A stretch of 64,000 nucleotides of DNA, from positions 4,768,001 through 4,832,000 of the forward strand of contig OZ240248.1 of NCBI GenBank assembly GCA_965198235.1, read 5' to 3'. Origin of the DNA: Candidatus Poribacteria bacterium (GTDB lineage: Bacteria; Poribacteria; WGA-4E; WGA-3G). Numbering within the stretch: the first letter of the stretch is position 1; each line of letters starts with the position of its first letter. The translations under genes and the position numbers were made by a program. The notes under the pieces are model-generated. The model made no database searches, was not told where the DNA came from, and saw only the letters and a program-made list of their open reading frames with translations. This document shows positions 49,218 to 59,415 of this stretch, piece by piece.

Positions 49218-49781
49218 ATGGAGAGAATTCAGAGTTATATTTCGCATCTGCAAGGTGTTTTGGAGCGGCTCACATTGGCAGATGTACGGCGTTCTATAGA
49301 TGTGATAATGGAAGCATATTACGCCGAAAAGCAAATTTTTGTGATTGGTAACGGTGGAAGTGCTTCTACAGCATCACATATTGCCTGTGACTTAGGAAAA
49401 GGCACAAGTGTCCCTGACAAATCCCGTTTTCGTGTTATTAGTTTAACGGATAACGTCGCAACAATGACCGCCTGGTCAAACGATGTATCTTATGAAGATG
49501 TTTTTGTCGAGCAACTGAAAAACCTTGTGAATCCGGGAGATGTTGTTATCGGTATCAGTGCGAGCGGCAATTCAGAGAATGTGCTCCGGGCAATGCGACA
49601 CGCTAAAGAGATTGAATGTCCAACAATCGGGTGGAGTGGCTTCGATGGTGGTGCCTTGGCAGCGATTTGTGATGTGAACGTCGTTGTGGATAGCGATCGC
49701 TATGGTCCCGTTGAGGATGTCCATCTTATCCTGAATCATGTCCTTCACGCATGGATCCAAGAAGAGTTCACATCAAGTTGA
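49218..49781 (+). CDS. SIS-domain phosphosugar isomerase (GmhA-like)
   Basis: 'GNGGSAS', 'ND', 'ISASGNS', 'EDVH'. Confidence 0.88.
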   Translation: MERIQSYISHLQGVLERLTLADVRRSIDVIMEAYYAEKQIFVIGNGGSASTASHIACDLGKGTSVPDKSRFRVISLTDNVATMTAWSNDVSYEDVFVEQLKNLVNPGDVVIGISASGNSENVLRAMRHAKEIECPTIGWSGFDGGALAAICDVNVVVDSDRYGPVEDVHLILNHVLHAWIQEEFTSS

Positions 49782-49794
49782 ATTACAATCGGTC

Positions 49795-49824
49795 TTGACG
49801 TTTACCGTCGTCTTGGGGTATAAT
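49795..49824 (+). promoter_or_regulatory. Sigma70 promoter of the nfeD-floA operon
   Basis: TTGACG-18 nt-TATAAT. Confidence 0.6.
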
Positions 49825-49898
49825 TAAATTAGTTACCGATCATTTAAACAATTACGCAAAAAATATTTTTCTTCTCTTTTCTTATTGGTACCAAAAAC

Positions 49899-49991
49899 CG
49901 AGCCTGAAATGAAATGGAAGGCGGATATACGGAAAGGCACTCCCAATGTACAACCCACTTTACCGAACCGCAAGGAAAATTAAAAGACTGG
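49899..49991 (+). repeat. Dispersed ~93-bp repeat, copy A
   Basis: Colinear with 57098-57191; shares the exact 22-mer cgaaccgcaaggaaaattaaaa and tacggaaaggc. Confidence 0.75.
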
Positions 49992-51478
49992 TTTACGTGT
50001 TCCTTTTTATCGGATGTCTCTTCATGAACGGCGATCTGTCCGCTCAAGACGCCGCGCTGGTTTACGTGATTGACATTCGGAACGAGATCGGAAGCGGACT
50101 CGGCACCTACATCAGTGATAGTATTCAAATGGCAGAGGAGGCTGGTGCCGATGCTATTGTTTTTGATGTGGATACACCGGGGGGTAGGGTAGATTCCGCC
50201 ATAAATATCATCCGATCCATTCAGGATACACAAATTCCCACAATCGCCTTTGTCAATCGACAGGCTATATCTGCGGGAGCGATGATTTCTATCGCTTGCA
50301 ATCAGATTGTTATGACTTCGGGAGGGACGATCGGCGATTCTGCGCCTGTTAATATTCAAGGGGAGGAGGTTGGAGAAAAGGCAATCTCCTATATTCAGGG
50401 AACTATCCGTGCGACGGCAGAACGCGAGAATCGAAATCCTGATATTGCCGAAGCGATGGTAGACAAAGAACTCGTCCTCGTTAAACTCACAGATGGTCAG
50501 ATTATTAAACTTCTGCCCGAAGAATACGCTGCGCGTAATGAAAACGGTGAAGAGATGGAAATCCTCTGTGCCCAAGGAAAGCTGCTCACCTTATCCACCC
50601 AACAGGCATTAGAATACGGGTTCGCAGACGCGCAAGCCGAAACCCTCACAGAACTATTGGCACAATACGAGATTGTCGAGGTTAATGGAACCAAACTCCC
50701 TCTAACAGAAGATGGCATCGCGCGACGAGAGCAGGATTTTGGTGTTTCAGAAATCAACCGTCTGAAAACGTTAGCTGGTGCACGTATTACCGAGGTTGAG
50801 GCGACGCTTGCGGATAGGATCGTTTTCTTTATCACGAATCCGCTTATCAGTTCGCTTCTCCTTTCGTTAGGAATCCTCGGTATCTTTATAGAGATTCGCA
50901 CGCCCGGCTTCGGTATCCCCGGATTCCTCGGTTTACTTTGTGTAGGACTTTTCTTCGGCGGACACATGTTGACGAAAATCGGTGCGGAATGGGCATTCCT
51001 ACTCTTCCTCATCGGACTTGGACTCATCGCCTTGGAGGTCTTTGTGATCCCTGGCTTCGGTGTTGCTGGAATTCTCGGTATTACGTTGATGATGGGAAGC
51101 ATTTTCTTCGTTTTCGACAAGGCTTACGAATTCCGTACCGCGGTTATGTGGCTCTCGATCTCTGTGATTTTGACTGCTGGATTGGCGATTCTCGCCGCTT
51201 TTCTCCTGCCTGAGACGCAGCTTTTTCAGAGGTTCGCTTTGTCAACAGTGATGGATACTGAGATGGGGTACCACTCGTCGAGTTCCGAGGATTTTCAGGC
51301 GTATCTCGGAAAATTTGGGACAGCCCTAACGCCTCTGCGTCCCTCTGGAACGGCTCGAATCGCCAATAATAGGGTGGATGTCGTCACCGTCGGCGATTTC
51401 ATTGCACCAGATAGCAACGTCAAAGTCGTAAGTGTTGAAGGCTCTAAGGTCTTCGTAGAAGCGGTTGAGGATGATTAA
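49946..51478 (+). CDS. nfeD: Long NfeD (ClpP-like protease domain + TM + OB fold)
   Basis: 'DTPGG', 'AISAGA', 'PGFG', 'LRPSG'. Confidence 0.9.
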   Translation: MYNPLYRTARKIKRLVYVFLFIGCLFMNGDLSAQDAALVYVIDIRNEIGSGLGTYISDSIQMAEEAGADAIVFDVDTPGGRVDSAINIIRSIQDTQIPTIAFVNRQAISAGAMISIACNQIVMTSGGTIGDSAPVNIQGEEVGEKAISYIQGTIRATAERENRNPDIAEAMVDKELVLVKLTDGQIIKLLPEEYAARNENGEEMEILCAQGKLLTLSTQQALEYGFADAQAETLTELLAQYEIVEVNGTKLPLTEDGIARREQDFGVSEINRLKTLAGARITEVEATLADRIVFFITNPLISSLLLSLGILGIFIEIRTPGFGIPGFLGLLCVGLFFGGHMLTKIGAEWAFLLFLIGLGLIALEVFVIPGFGVAGILGITLMMGSIFFVFDKAYEFRTAVMWLSISVILTAGLAILAAFLLPETQLFQRFALSTVMDTEMGYHSSSSEDFQAYLGKFGTALTPLRPSGTARIANNRVDVVTVGDFIAPDSNVKVVSVEGSKVFVEAVEDD

Positions 51479-51627
51479 TTTTTTGCTCAGTCGATATGTC
51501 CTATAATTGTGACAACTCAGAGAATCTTGTCTGAGGTTTTCTGTGTAAGTCAAGCGGTTCAGGCATGCCATAGCGATATGGCAGTATCTGCTGCCCCGTA
51601 CCATAGATGCGGTTCGGAGGAACAACT

Positions 51628-52113
51628 ATGATATGGTTTCTCATCTTCCTGATAGGCATTGGAATTCTGTTAGTATTTATTGAGTTGCTCATTCTTCCAG
51701 GTTTTGGAGCAGCAGGTGTGCCGGGGTGTCTCCTTATATTGGTAGGGGTCGGGGTCGCTTGGTGGAAATTCGGATTCCAGATGGCTCTAACTTATACGGG
51801 GGCAACGCTGGTAGGCGTTATTCCACTGGCGATTGTGGGGCTATCGGTCATGCGTGCAACGCCTGCTGGTAAAACCTTTATCTTGGGGACCACGCAAGAT
51901 AAGGCAGAGGGCTTCCACGCACCTCCGTCGGAATTGGCGAGTTTAGTTGGAAAATCTGGTAAGGCATTGACACCACTACGACCGGCAGGGGCTGCGCTCA
52001 TCAGTGGACACCGAGTTGATATTGTCACACAAGGCGAATTCGTTCCTGCAGAAACCGAAATCGAAGTGATTTTTGTCGAAGGCAGTCGTGTCGTAGTCCG
52101 TAGTTTACAGTAG
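51628..52113 (+). CDS. Short NfeD-family protein
   Basis: 'ELLILPGFG', 'LTPLRPAG'. Confidence 0.88.
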   Translation: MIWFLIFLIGIGILLVFIELLILPGFGAAGVPGCLLILVGVGVAWWKFGFQMALTYTGATLVGVIPLAIVGLSVMRATPAGKTFILGTTQDKAEGFHAPPSELASLVGKSGKALTPLRPAGAALISGHRVDIVTQGEFVPAETEIEVIFVEGSRVVVRSLQ

Positions 52114-52177
52114 ACATACTTATGTTTGTAGGTGTGCTTTCTAAGCGCACATGCTACAAATAGGTAGGAGGCAGATA

Positions 52178-53083
52178 ATGGTGGATCTATTTACGGGGGG
52201 AATTGCCCTTGTTGTTCTAATTGTTATCATCGTGTTCTTTTGGTTCGTCCCCGTTGGACTTTGGATTGCCGCTGTTGCAGCGGGAGTCTCTCTCCGAATT
52301 TTCGATTTGATTGGGATGCGCCTCAGACGGGTGAACCCGAATATTATTGTGAAGGGTTTAATCAGTGCCCACAAGGCTGGATTGACGGTAGGGACTGCCG
52401 AATTAGAGGCGCATTACCTTGCTGGTGGTAACGTCCTCAATGTCGTCAGCGCGCTCATCGCTGCAGATAAAGCGAGGATTGAGTTGAATTTTCAACGCTC
52501 TGCTGCTATAGACTTGGCTGGACGTGATGTCTTTGAGGCGGTTCAGGTCAGCGTCAATCCACGGGTGATCACGACCCAGAAAATCAGTGCGCTCGCTTTA
52601 GATGGGGTTGAATTGATAACCACCGTTCGGATTACGGTGCGGACGAACATCAATCGGCTCGTCGGGGGTGCGGGTGAAGAGACGATCATTGCGCGTGTCG
52701 GTGAGGGGATTATCAGCGCAATCGGTGCCTCTGAAACCTATGAAGATGTACTCGAAAATCCGGATATTATCTCGAAAACAGTGCTTGACCGCGGACTTGA
52801 TGCTGGAACCGCTTTTGAAATCCTGTCTATTGATATTGCTGATGTCAACGTTGGCAAAAATATCGGTGCGGAACTTCAAGCGGAGCAAGCCGAGGCAGAC
52901 TTGGTCGTAGCACAAGCGAAGGCGGAAGAGCGTCGCGCTATGGCAGTCGCTCGGAAGCAGGAGATGACCGCAAGCGTCCAGGAGATGCGTGCGAAAGTCG
53001 TTGAAGCAGAAGCGCAAGTCCCGCGTTCCTTGGCAAATGCGTTCCGTGAAGGCAACTTGAACGTTAATACGGAGCAACAATAG
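52178..53083 (+). CDS. floA: Flotillin-like FloA (YqfA), paralog 1
   Basis: 'VPVGLWI', 'LEAHYLAGG', 'AIDLAGRDV', '[10 protein letters not shown]'. Confidence 0.92.
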   Translation: MVDLFTGGIALVVLIVIIVFFWFVPVGLWIAAVAAGVSLRIFDLIGMRLRRVNPNIIVKGLISAHKAGLTVGTAELEAHYLAGGNVLNVVSALIAADKARIELNFQRSAAIDLAGRDVFEAVQVSVNPRVITTQKISALALDGVELITTVRITVRTNINRLVGGAGEETIIARVGEGIISAIGASETYEDVLENPDIISKTVLDRGLDAGTAFEILSIDIADVNVGKNIGAELQAEQAEADLVVAQAKAEERRAMAVARKQEMTASVQEMRAKVVEAEAQVPRSLANAFREGNLNVNTEQQ

Positions 53084-53087
53084 AATC

Positions 53088-53226
53088 GTTGTCAGTTATC
53101 AGTTGTCAACCGTCAGTTAAAGAACTTTTCTGTAACAATCTTCCCCAGTTTGGAATATTCCAGGAGCGCGGTGAATTGTTACAAAAGTGCCTCTTAACCG
53201 ACTCCTGACGACTGATAACCGATAAC
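53088..53226. repeat. ~140-bp palindromic element built from heptamer (gttRtca) arms
   Basis: Left arm gttgtcagttatcagttgtcaaccgtcagttaa pairs with the right arm; inner stems tgtaacaat/attgttaca and tggaatattcca. Confidence 0.8.
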
Positions 53227-53255
53227 TATTTTGATAGTTTAAAAAACAATGGAGA

Positions 53256-54296
53256 ATGGTAAATATGGCACCAACAATGGTCGCAATTATTGCTGTCCTG
53301 CTTATCCTGTTCATAATTATTATCAGTTGGCTCGTTCCAATTGGTCTATGGATTACTGCTATTGCGGCAGGTGTGAAGGTTGGGATTTTTGATCTCGTTG
53401 CAATGCGTTTGCGGCGTGTTCCACCTTCTGGGATTGTAGAACCCCAGATCAACGCAACGAAGGCAGGCTTAAGTCTATCCCTTGACGATCTGGAGGCACA
53501 TTTCCTTGCCGGTGGACGCGTTGCGAGTGTCGTATCGGCACTGATTGCCGCGGATAAAGCCAACATAGATCTCGGTTTCGCCCAAGCTGCTGCGATTGAC
53601 CTTGCAGGTCGCGATGTCTTGCAAGCCGTCCAGGTCAGCGTTACACCTGAGATTATTGACATCCCCAGTAGAAACGAGTCCAGTGGTGGTATCACTGCCG
53701 TTGCCCGCGATGGTATCCAGTTAATCGTGAAGGCGCGTGTTACGGTGAGAGCCGACATTGACCGACTCGTCGGCGGTGCTACGGAGGATACTATCCGTGC
53801 AAGAGTCGGTGAGGGGATTATCACAACGATCGGCTCATCGGGGAGCCACAAGCAAGTCTTAGAGAGCCCGGTTCGCATCTCAGAGACGGTGCTCGCGAGG
53901 GGGTTAGCTGCGGGGACTGCCTTTGAAATTTTGTCTATTGACATCGCCGATATAAATGTTGGTGAGAATGTCGGAGCGAAATTACAGACCGACCAAGCGC
54001 AGGCTGAACTCAAGATAGCACGTGCGAAAGCGGAAGAACGTCGCGCACGCGCAGAAGCGGAAGAGGAAGAGAATAAAGCGTTAGTCGAAGAGATGACCAT
54101 CAAACTGATTGAGGCAGAAGCGGAGGTGCCACTTGCTATCTCGGACACCTTTGATTCCCAACGGATGAGTGTGATGACTTATTACGAACTTCGTAATATC
54201 CTTGCGGATACAGAGATGCGCCAGTCGATCGCTTCACCCGGTGGAACACAAGAGTTAGATACAACCCGTTCTGCACACTCTCTCGGACTTGTATAG
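53256..54296 (+). CDS. floA: Flotillin-like FloA, paralog 2
   Basis: Same motifs as paralog 1, plus C-terminal '[14 protein letters not shown]'. Confidence 0.92.
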   Translation: MVNMAPTMVAIIAVLLILFIIIISWLVPIGLWITAIAAGVKVGIFDLVAMRLRRVPPSGIVEPQINATKAGLSLSLDDLEAHFLAGGRVASVVSALIAADKANIDLGFAQAAAIDLAGRDVLQAVQVSVTPEIIDIPSRNESSGGITAVARDGIQLIVKARVTVRADIDRLVGGATEDTIRARVGEGIITTIGSSGSHKQVLESPVRISETVLARGLAAGTAFEILSIDIADINVGENVGAKLQTDQAQAELKIARAKAEERRARAEAEEEENKALVEEMTIKLIEAEAEVPLAISDTFDSQRMSVMTYYELRNILADTEMRQSIASPGGTQELDTTRSAHSLGLV

Positions 54297-54359
54297 TCAG
54301 CATTTAGGAAGTCCATAACTCTATGCTTCAGTCCTATAGTATTTATTAAGGAGAAAATA

Positions 54360-54806
54360 ATGGAAAGTATCCTCCAGATGTTGGGACCGCTGATTCTCGT
54401 AATTGTGATATCTATCTTGAGCAGCTCGCGCCGGCGGAAAGCACAGCAACAGAAGGCTGAAAGAGGAAGGGATGAACGTGCGATGTCGGAGAGCGACAAT
54501 GCACCGCCGCCTTTCATGGAAGATTTTCCGTTTGAGACGCAGCAGGAGCAGATGATTTCGCAGCAGGACGAAAAAGAGGTTATGCCGGTTGTTGAGGAGC
54601 CGGCACGTCCTGAATCGGAGAGACCCGATCCGGTTGTTGAGGCATCGCAACCCCAACCGCCTCCAGTGCCTGTGGATTCTCCGACCAGAACGCGGTCTGT
54701 TCCGGCGACATCACTGCTGGATTGGTCGCCGCAAACTTTTCGTCAAGGCATTATTCTTTCGGAAATCCTTGGTCGTCCCAAATCACGCCGAACAAGGCGA
54801 CAGTAA
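54360..54806 (+). CDS. floA-associated membrane-anchored protein (YqfB-like)
   Basis: N-terminal TM, disordered middle, C-terminal 'RQGIILSEILGRPK'; position directly after floA. Confidence 0.65.
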   Translation: MESILQMLGPLILVIVISILSSSRRRKAQQQKAERGRDERAMSESDNAPPPFMEDFPFETQQEQMISQQDEKEVMPVVEEPARPESERPDPVVEASQPQPPPVPVDSPTRTRSVPATSLLDWSPQTFRQGIILSEILGRPKSRRTRRQ

Positions 54807-54937
54807 CAGGTAAACTCGCTTCGCGAGTACGCTGATCTTAACTCCCAAACGCCTTTTTCGGGGTCCGTTTTTCTTTAATCGCACCTACACACAATCGAAA
54901 TTTGCGTAGAACCTTAGCGAGAAATACCGGATTTCAG

Positions 54938-57088
54938 ATGGCTCGCCTCTTTCACAAAATTTCTGTTCCCCTTTTGATTCTTCTGCTGTTTGCGGGTTGT
55001 TCTCAACGTAGAGCACTTGTGGAACAGCAGGTCTCATTTCACTTTGAGTTTCCCCCTTATACCCGGCATCTCAAAGGGTTCAAAATTTGTCTGGATCCCG
55101 GACACGGCGGACAAGGGCACGTTCTGGATTACAAACGGGGTCCAACAGGCGTTCGCGAGGCTGAAGTTAATCTACGGGCAGCTTTCCATCTACGCGAGAT
55201 GTTACAGAAGGTGGGGGCTACTGTTATTATGACGCGTGTTGATGATTCTTATATGAGTCTGTCGATGCGTAGCCAAATTGCCAATGAAAATGGTGCTGAT
55301 TTCTTTATCTCGCTGCACCATAACGGAATTGATAATCCGAAAGTTAACTATACCTCTACTTGGTATCACGGCGATGCAGACGACTCACGCCAGAGTCTCA
55401 ATCTCGCTCGGTATGTCCAGCAGGGAGTCTCGGACGCGCTGCAGTTGCCCACCTCTCCGGCATCGGGACTTTATTCAGATAAATTAATAACGGCTTCCGG
55501 TTTTGGAGTCTTGCGATTGACCGAATGTCCAGCGGTTTTGTGTGAAGCATCTTTTCTCTCGAACCCAGAAGAAGAAGCGAGGCTGAAAGAGGACGACTAT
55601 CTGAGAAAGGAGGCGTACGGTTATTTTTTGGGTATTGCCCGTTATGTTGAAGGCGGGTTTCCGAAAGGTGTTCTGGTAGAGCCTCAACACGCCTCTGTCA
55701 TCCAAACGAAAACGCCACTCCTCCAAATTCAAGTTATGGATGGACTTCATGAGCGGGGCGCGTGGATGCTCAAACGCCAACAGGTCTTCACTGACTCCAT
55801 CCGTGTCAAGGTTGACAATGCAGATGTCCCCTATCACTACGATCGCGGGACAGATCAGATTACTGTTTCGATTGAGAAACCGTTATTGAATGGCGTGCAT
55901 TTTGTCCAAACCGAATTGGTGAACTATTATGGTAATCACAGTCTACCTTCACCGCAATGGTTTAAGGTGGCACCGCCTGCAGAGGCGTTGGACCTTAATG
56001 CGTGGACAGATATCCTCCCTGCTGATGGGAGAAGTTACGTCGGTATTTCTGTAACTGCACGGGATACTGAGGGAATGTCAATTGCTGACGATGAACCTAT
56101 TTACGCACAAACGTCGAATGGAACACTCGCGGAGGCTCGTCGACTCTCGAAGAACGGATCGGCACAGTTTTATCTATATGCCCCTGATGCGCCGGGTACG
56201 GCGATGGTGGAAACCTCCTATGGACAGGCATGTCAGTCATTGACGATTCACTTCGCGGATATTGATGGCGCGATTGTGCAAGGACAGGTTTCTGATGCAG
56301 ACTCCGGAGAATCGCTCCAAGACGTACAATTACAAACCGATTCCGGATTGACGGCGGCTACGGATGCCGAGGGACACTTTTTCATCACAACCGGTTCCAA
56401 ATTGAAGGATTTCGGCGAAACAGCACTTCACATTTCTAAGAGAGGCTACTATCCGGATAAACGCAGAATTCACATTCGATCGAATCAAGCGACGGTCGTC
56501 GATGTCGGACTTCACCCTATCGCGGATGGTGTGTTTGCATCGACCGTCATTGTTCTCGATTCACAAACGGATACTCCTGAGACACAGAAGCTCATCACAA
56601 CGTTGGAAGAGATGTTGAAATTCGCCGGTGCCAAGGTTTATAACATTCATACCTCTGGGTTAAAAATGTCTGTGGAAAAACGGATAGAGAAGGTTAACGC
56701 TATTAAGGATAGAGGATATTACTTGCAAATTAATCACGCGGAATGGCGTAAGGGGCAACCGACTGTAGTTGCGGCGCACTACCGAGGCAATCAAGGGACA
56801 GAGACGTTTCTAAAGCGGATACTTGAACGGTTCAACAGAACACTTTATGAAACCCCGATTGTCACTGTTCAAGATAGAACGACTCCTGAAATCCAGCAGA
56901 CGAACAAGATGGCGATGACGCTTCTAATCCGATCTTTAGCTCATCCAAACGCTTCTGCCGTGTCGGAAGCTCATGCGATCTTCTTCGGCGCGTGGACTTT
57001 CCTGAAGGGCGATGGGGAGATTGATGCAGAAAAACAGAAACGGTTTATGGTGTACCTAAAAAAGATGCAAGCGTATTCTTCCTATTAG
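54938..57088 (+). CDS. Lipoprotein N-acetylmuramoyl-L-alanine amidase (Amidase_3) with Ig-like domains
   Basis: Lipobox 'FAGC'; 'LDPGHGG', 'E', 'ISLHHN', 'VLCEASFLSN'. Confidence 0.9.
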   Translation: MARLFHKISVPLLILLLFAGCSQRRALVEQQVSFHFEFPPYTRHLKGFKICLDPGHGGQGHVLDYKRGPTGVREAEVNLRAAFHLREMLQKVGATVIMTRVDDSYMSLSMRSQIANENGADFFISLHHNGIDNPKVNYTSTWYHGDADDSRQSLNLARYVQQGVSDALQLPTSPASGLYSDKLITASGFGVLRLTECPAVLCEASFLSNPEEEARLKEDDYLRKEAYGYFLGIARYVEGGFPKGVLVEPQHASVIQTKTPLLQIQVMDGLHERGAWMLKRQQVFTDSIRVKVDNADVPYHYDRGTDQITVSIEKPLLNGVHFVQTELVNYYGNHSLPSPQWFKVAPPAEALDLNAWTDILPADGRSYVGISVTARDTEGMSIADDEPIYAQTSNGTLAEARRLSKNGSAQFYLYAPDAPGTAMVETSYGQACQSLTIHFADIDGAIVQGQVSDADSGESLQDVQLQTDSGLTAATDAEGHFFITTGSKLKDFGETALHISKRGYYPDKRRIHIRSNQATVVDVGLHPIADGVFASTVIVLDSQTDTPETQKLITTLEEMLKFAGAKVYNIHTSGLKMSVEKRIEKVNAIKDRGYYLQINHAEWRKGQPTVVAAHYRGNQGTETFLKRILERFNRTLYETPIVTVQDRTTPEIQQTNKMAMTLLIRSLAHPNASAVSEAHAIFFGAWTFLKGDGEIDAEKQKRFMVYLKKMQAYSSY

Positions 57089-57097
57089 ATAAAAGCG

Positions 57098-57191
57098 CGT
57101 AGCTTGGAACGAAGTGGAAAGCGGGTCTACGGAAAGGCGCATCAAAGGAGTAACCTATTTGAACGAACCGCAAGGAAAATTAAAAAAATGG
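57098..57191 (+). repeat. Dispersed ~93-bp repeat, copy B
   Basis: See copy A at 49899-49991. Confidence 0.75.
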
Positions 57192-58183
57192 ATATTGTCT
57201 CTCAAATCATAGAACTACAGCTCCAGCATCCGTTCAAGATTGCGCGTCGCGCGACAGATGCGTCACGGCAGGTGATTTCTGTAGAGATTGATGGAGGCCT
57301 CGGTGAAACGGCACCGGCTCGGTTTTACGGTGAAACCGTTCAGACGGTGAGTGTAGCGTTGGAAACCATTGCCCCGGCACTTCCCAAAGACCTTGATGCA
57401 ATCCATGATGTGATGGAGGTCGTTGAAGCAACACTCGGTGGCAATTACGCAGCAAAATCCGCCATTGATATGGCACTCCACGATCGACTCGGTAAAAGAC
57501 TTGGTGTTCCGCTCTATCAACTTTGGGGTCTCAATCCGCATAAGACCCCTTGTACATCGTTTACCATTGGACTTGATGAACCTGAGGTGATGGCAGAGAA
57601 GACCCGGCATGCTGAAGCGTATCCGATCCTGAAAGTCAAACTCGGTACACCGCAAGATATTGAGATAATGCAGAAACTTCGCGAGGTCACAGATAAGCCC
57701 ATCTATGTCGATGCGAATACAGCGTGGACACCGAAGGAGGCTGTCCGCAAGATTCGTGAGCTTGCTCGGTATGGTGTAGAATTGGTGGAACAACCGACGA
57801 AACCCAATGATCTGGCGGGACTCAAGTTTGTCCGTGAACACTCAGAACTCCCGATTATTGCGGATGAAAGCGTCAAGCGCGCAAGCGATATTCCGGTTCT
57901 CGCTGAATGTGTTGACGGTATTAATATCAAACTCGTCAAGTGTGGCGGATTGCTTGAGGCATACCGAATGATAAGCGTTGCTCGCGTACACGGTTTACGC
58001 GTTATGTTGGGTTGTATGATAGAGAGTTCACTCGGTATCACCGCCGCGGCGCACCTGACACCACTCGTAGACTATGCCGATCTGGATGGTCATCTGCTCA
58101 TTGCGAACGACCCATACACAGGTGTAAGCCTTGATAAGGGTAAATTGATACTACCAAACCGCCCCGGTATCGGGGTTATGTGA
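57188..58183 (+). CDS. Dipeptide (L-Ala-D/L-Glu) epimerase, enolase superfamily
   Basis: 'KVKLG', 'VDAN', 'EQP', 'ADES', 'NIKLVKCGG', 'DLDG'. Confidence 0.9.
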   Translation: MDIVSQIIELQLQHPFKIARRATDASRQVISVEIDGGLGETAPARFYGETVQTVSVALETIAPALPKDLDAIHDVMEVVEATLGGNYAAKSAIDMALHDRLGKRLGVPLYQLWGLNPHKTPCTSFTIGLDEPEVMAEKTRHAEAYPILKVKLGTPQDIEIMQKLREVTDKPIYVDANTAWTPKEAVRKIRELARYGVELVEQPTKPNDLAGLKFVREHSELPIIADESVKRASDIPVLAECVDGINIKLVKCGGLLEAYRMISVARVHGLRVMLGCMIESSLGITAAAHLTPLVDYADLDGHLLIANDPYTGVSLDKGKLILPNRPGIGVM

Positions 58184-58240
58184 AACATTTTCATTCAAAG
58201 TTATACACACAACTATTAAACCAAATGGAGAAAACTAAAA

Positions 58241-58954
58241 ATGACAAAACAGAACCGCAATGTTCTCATCACCGGCGGCACCGGTATATTAGGGAGTGCC
58301 GTCACCAAAGCCTATCTCGCCCAAGGCGACAGTGTTGCTGTCACTTATCTGTTTGAAGACGAGGTTGAACGCTTCAAAGAGTTCAATCCAGACCTCTTTG
58401 AAGATGTCGGCTTCCTCTTTGCGAACGTTACCGAGGAAGCCGAGGTTCAGAAGACCGTTGAGGAATTCTTATCCAAATTTGGTTCGTTGGATGTCTTGGT
58501 GAACATCGTTGGCGGGTTTGTCGGTGGAATTCCAACTGCGAAACTTGAAGAAAGCAGGTGGGACTTCATGATGAATCTTAACCTCAAATCGGTTTTTCTG
58601 TGTTGCAAGACGGTAATACCGCACATGACGGAACGTGGCTCCGGCAAGATTATCAATGTTTCCGCACGCGCTGGATTAAAAGGTGAGGCGGGTTTAAGTG
58701 CTTATTGTGTCTCTAAAGGCGGTGTCCGCACTTTGACCGAGTCGTTGGCTGCTGAGGTGATGGATTCGGGGGTAAATGTCAATGCCATTATGCCGAGCAT
58801 TATGGACACACCCGCTAACCGTGAATCCATGCCAGACGAGGAGCACGACCGGTGGGTAGCTCCTGCCGATGTCGCCAAGGTGATATGCTTCCTGACTTCC
58901 GATGATGCAGCTGTCATCAACGGTGCTGCCATACCCGTTTACGGTAGAGCCTAA
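58241..58954 (+). CDS. Short-chain dehydrogenase/reductase
   Basis: 'TGGTGILG', 'YCVSK'. Confidence 0.92.
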   Translation: MTKQNRNVLITGGTGILGSAVTKAYLAQGDSVAVTYLFEDEVERFKEFNPDLFEDVGFLFANVTEEAEVQKTVEEFLSKFGSLDVLVNIVGGFVGGIPTAKLEESRWDFMMNLNLKSVFLCCKTVIPHMTERGSGKIINVSARAGLKGEAGLSAYCVSKGGVRTLTESLAAEVMDSGVNVNAIMPSIMDTPANRESMPDEEHDRWVAPADVAKVICFLTSDDAAVINGAAIPVYGRA

Positions 58955-58972
58955 CCCATTGACCTCTTGCAC

Positions 58973-59004
58973 GGGCGGACTACAGTGTCCGCCCATTTTT
59001 TTTT
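58973..59004 (+). terminator. Intrinsic terminator
   Basis: gggcggac-tacagt-gtccgccc followed by a T run. Confidence 0.85.
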
Positions 59005-59116
59005 AAAACCGATAAAAGAAAACGCTCCAATCCGACGTTCCCCTATCTGCGTAACCATATCCCTTTTCTATCCACAATACGGGAAGCATTTTGAAAGACA
59101 GCATTGCAACTTTCAT

Positions 59117-59180
59117 CTGGTAGGCGCGCTTTGTAAGCGCACCGATTAACGATGTATCATTAATTGTAAAATCTACTATA
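59117..59180 (+). repeat. Partial copy of the 7766-7860 REP/MITE
   Basis: ctggtaggcgcgctttgtaagcgcaccgatt...ttaattgtaaaatctactata. Confidence 0.7.
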
Positions 59181-59415
59181 ATCTTTACGAGCTTAAAGTT
59201 CGCGCATACCTATTTATCCCTTGCGGTCCTGTTCCATTTTGTGCAAGGCCCGAATCCGTTTGCACAATTTCGGGCAGTTTACCGATACACTGCTTCAAAA
59301 TTCGCCTATATTGGGCATTTCCGGGAATGGCACGCAAATTGCTGATACTGTAACAAAAGTTGTGAAATGTAGTGAAACTTTCAATCCATTATAGGGACTT
59401 TTGGAGGTATAAGAA

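Noticed and set aside
53117-54148. 343-aa minus-strand ORF
   Set aside because: It is the antisense shadow of floA paralog 2, with Ser/Ala-rich composition and no recognisable motifs.
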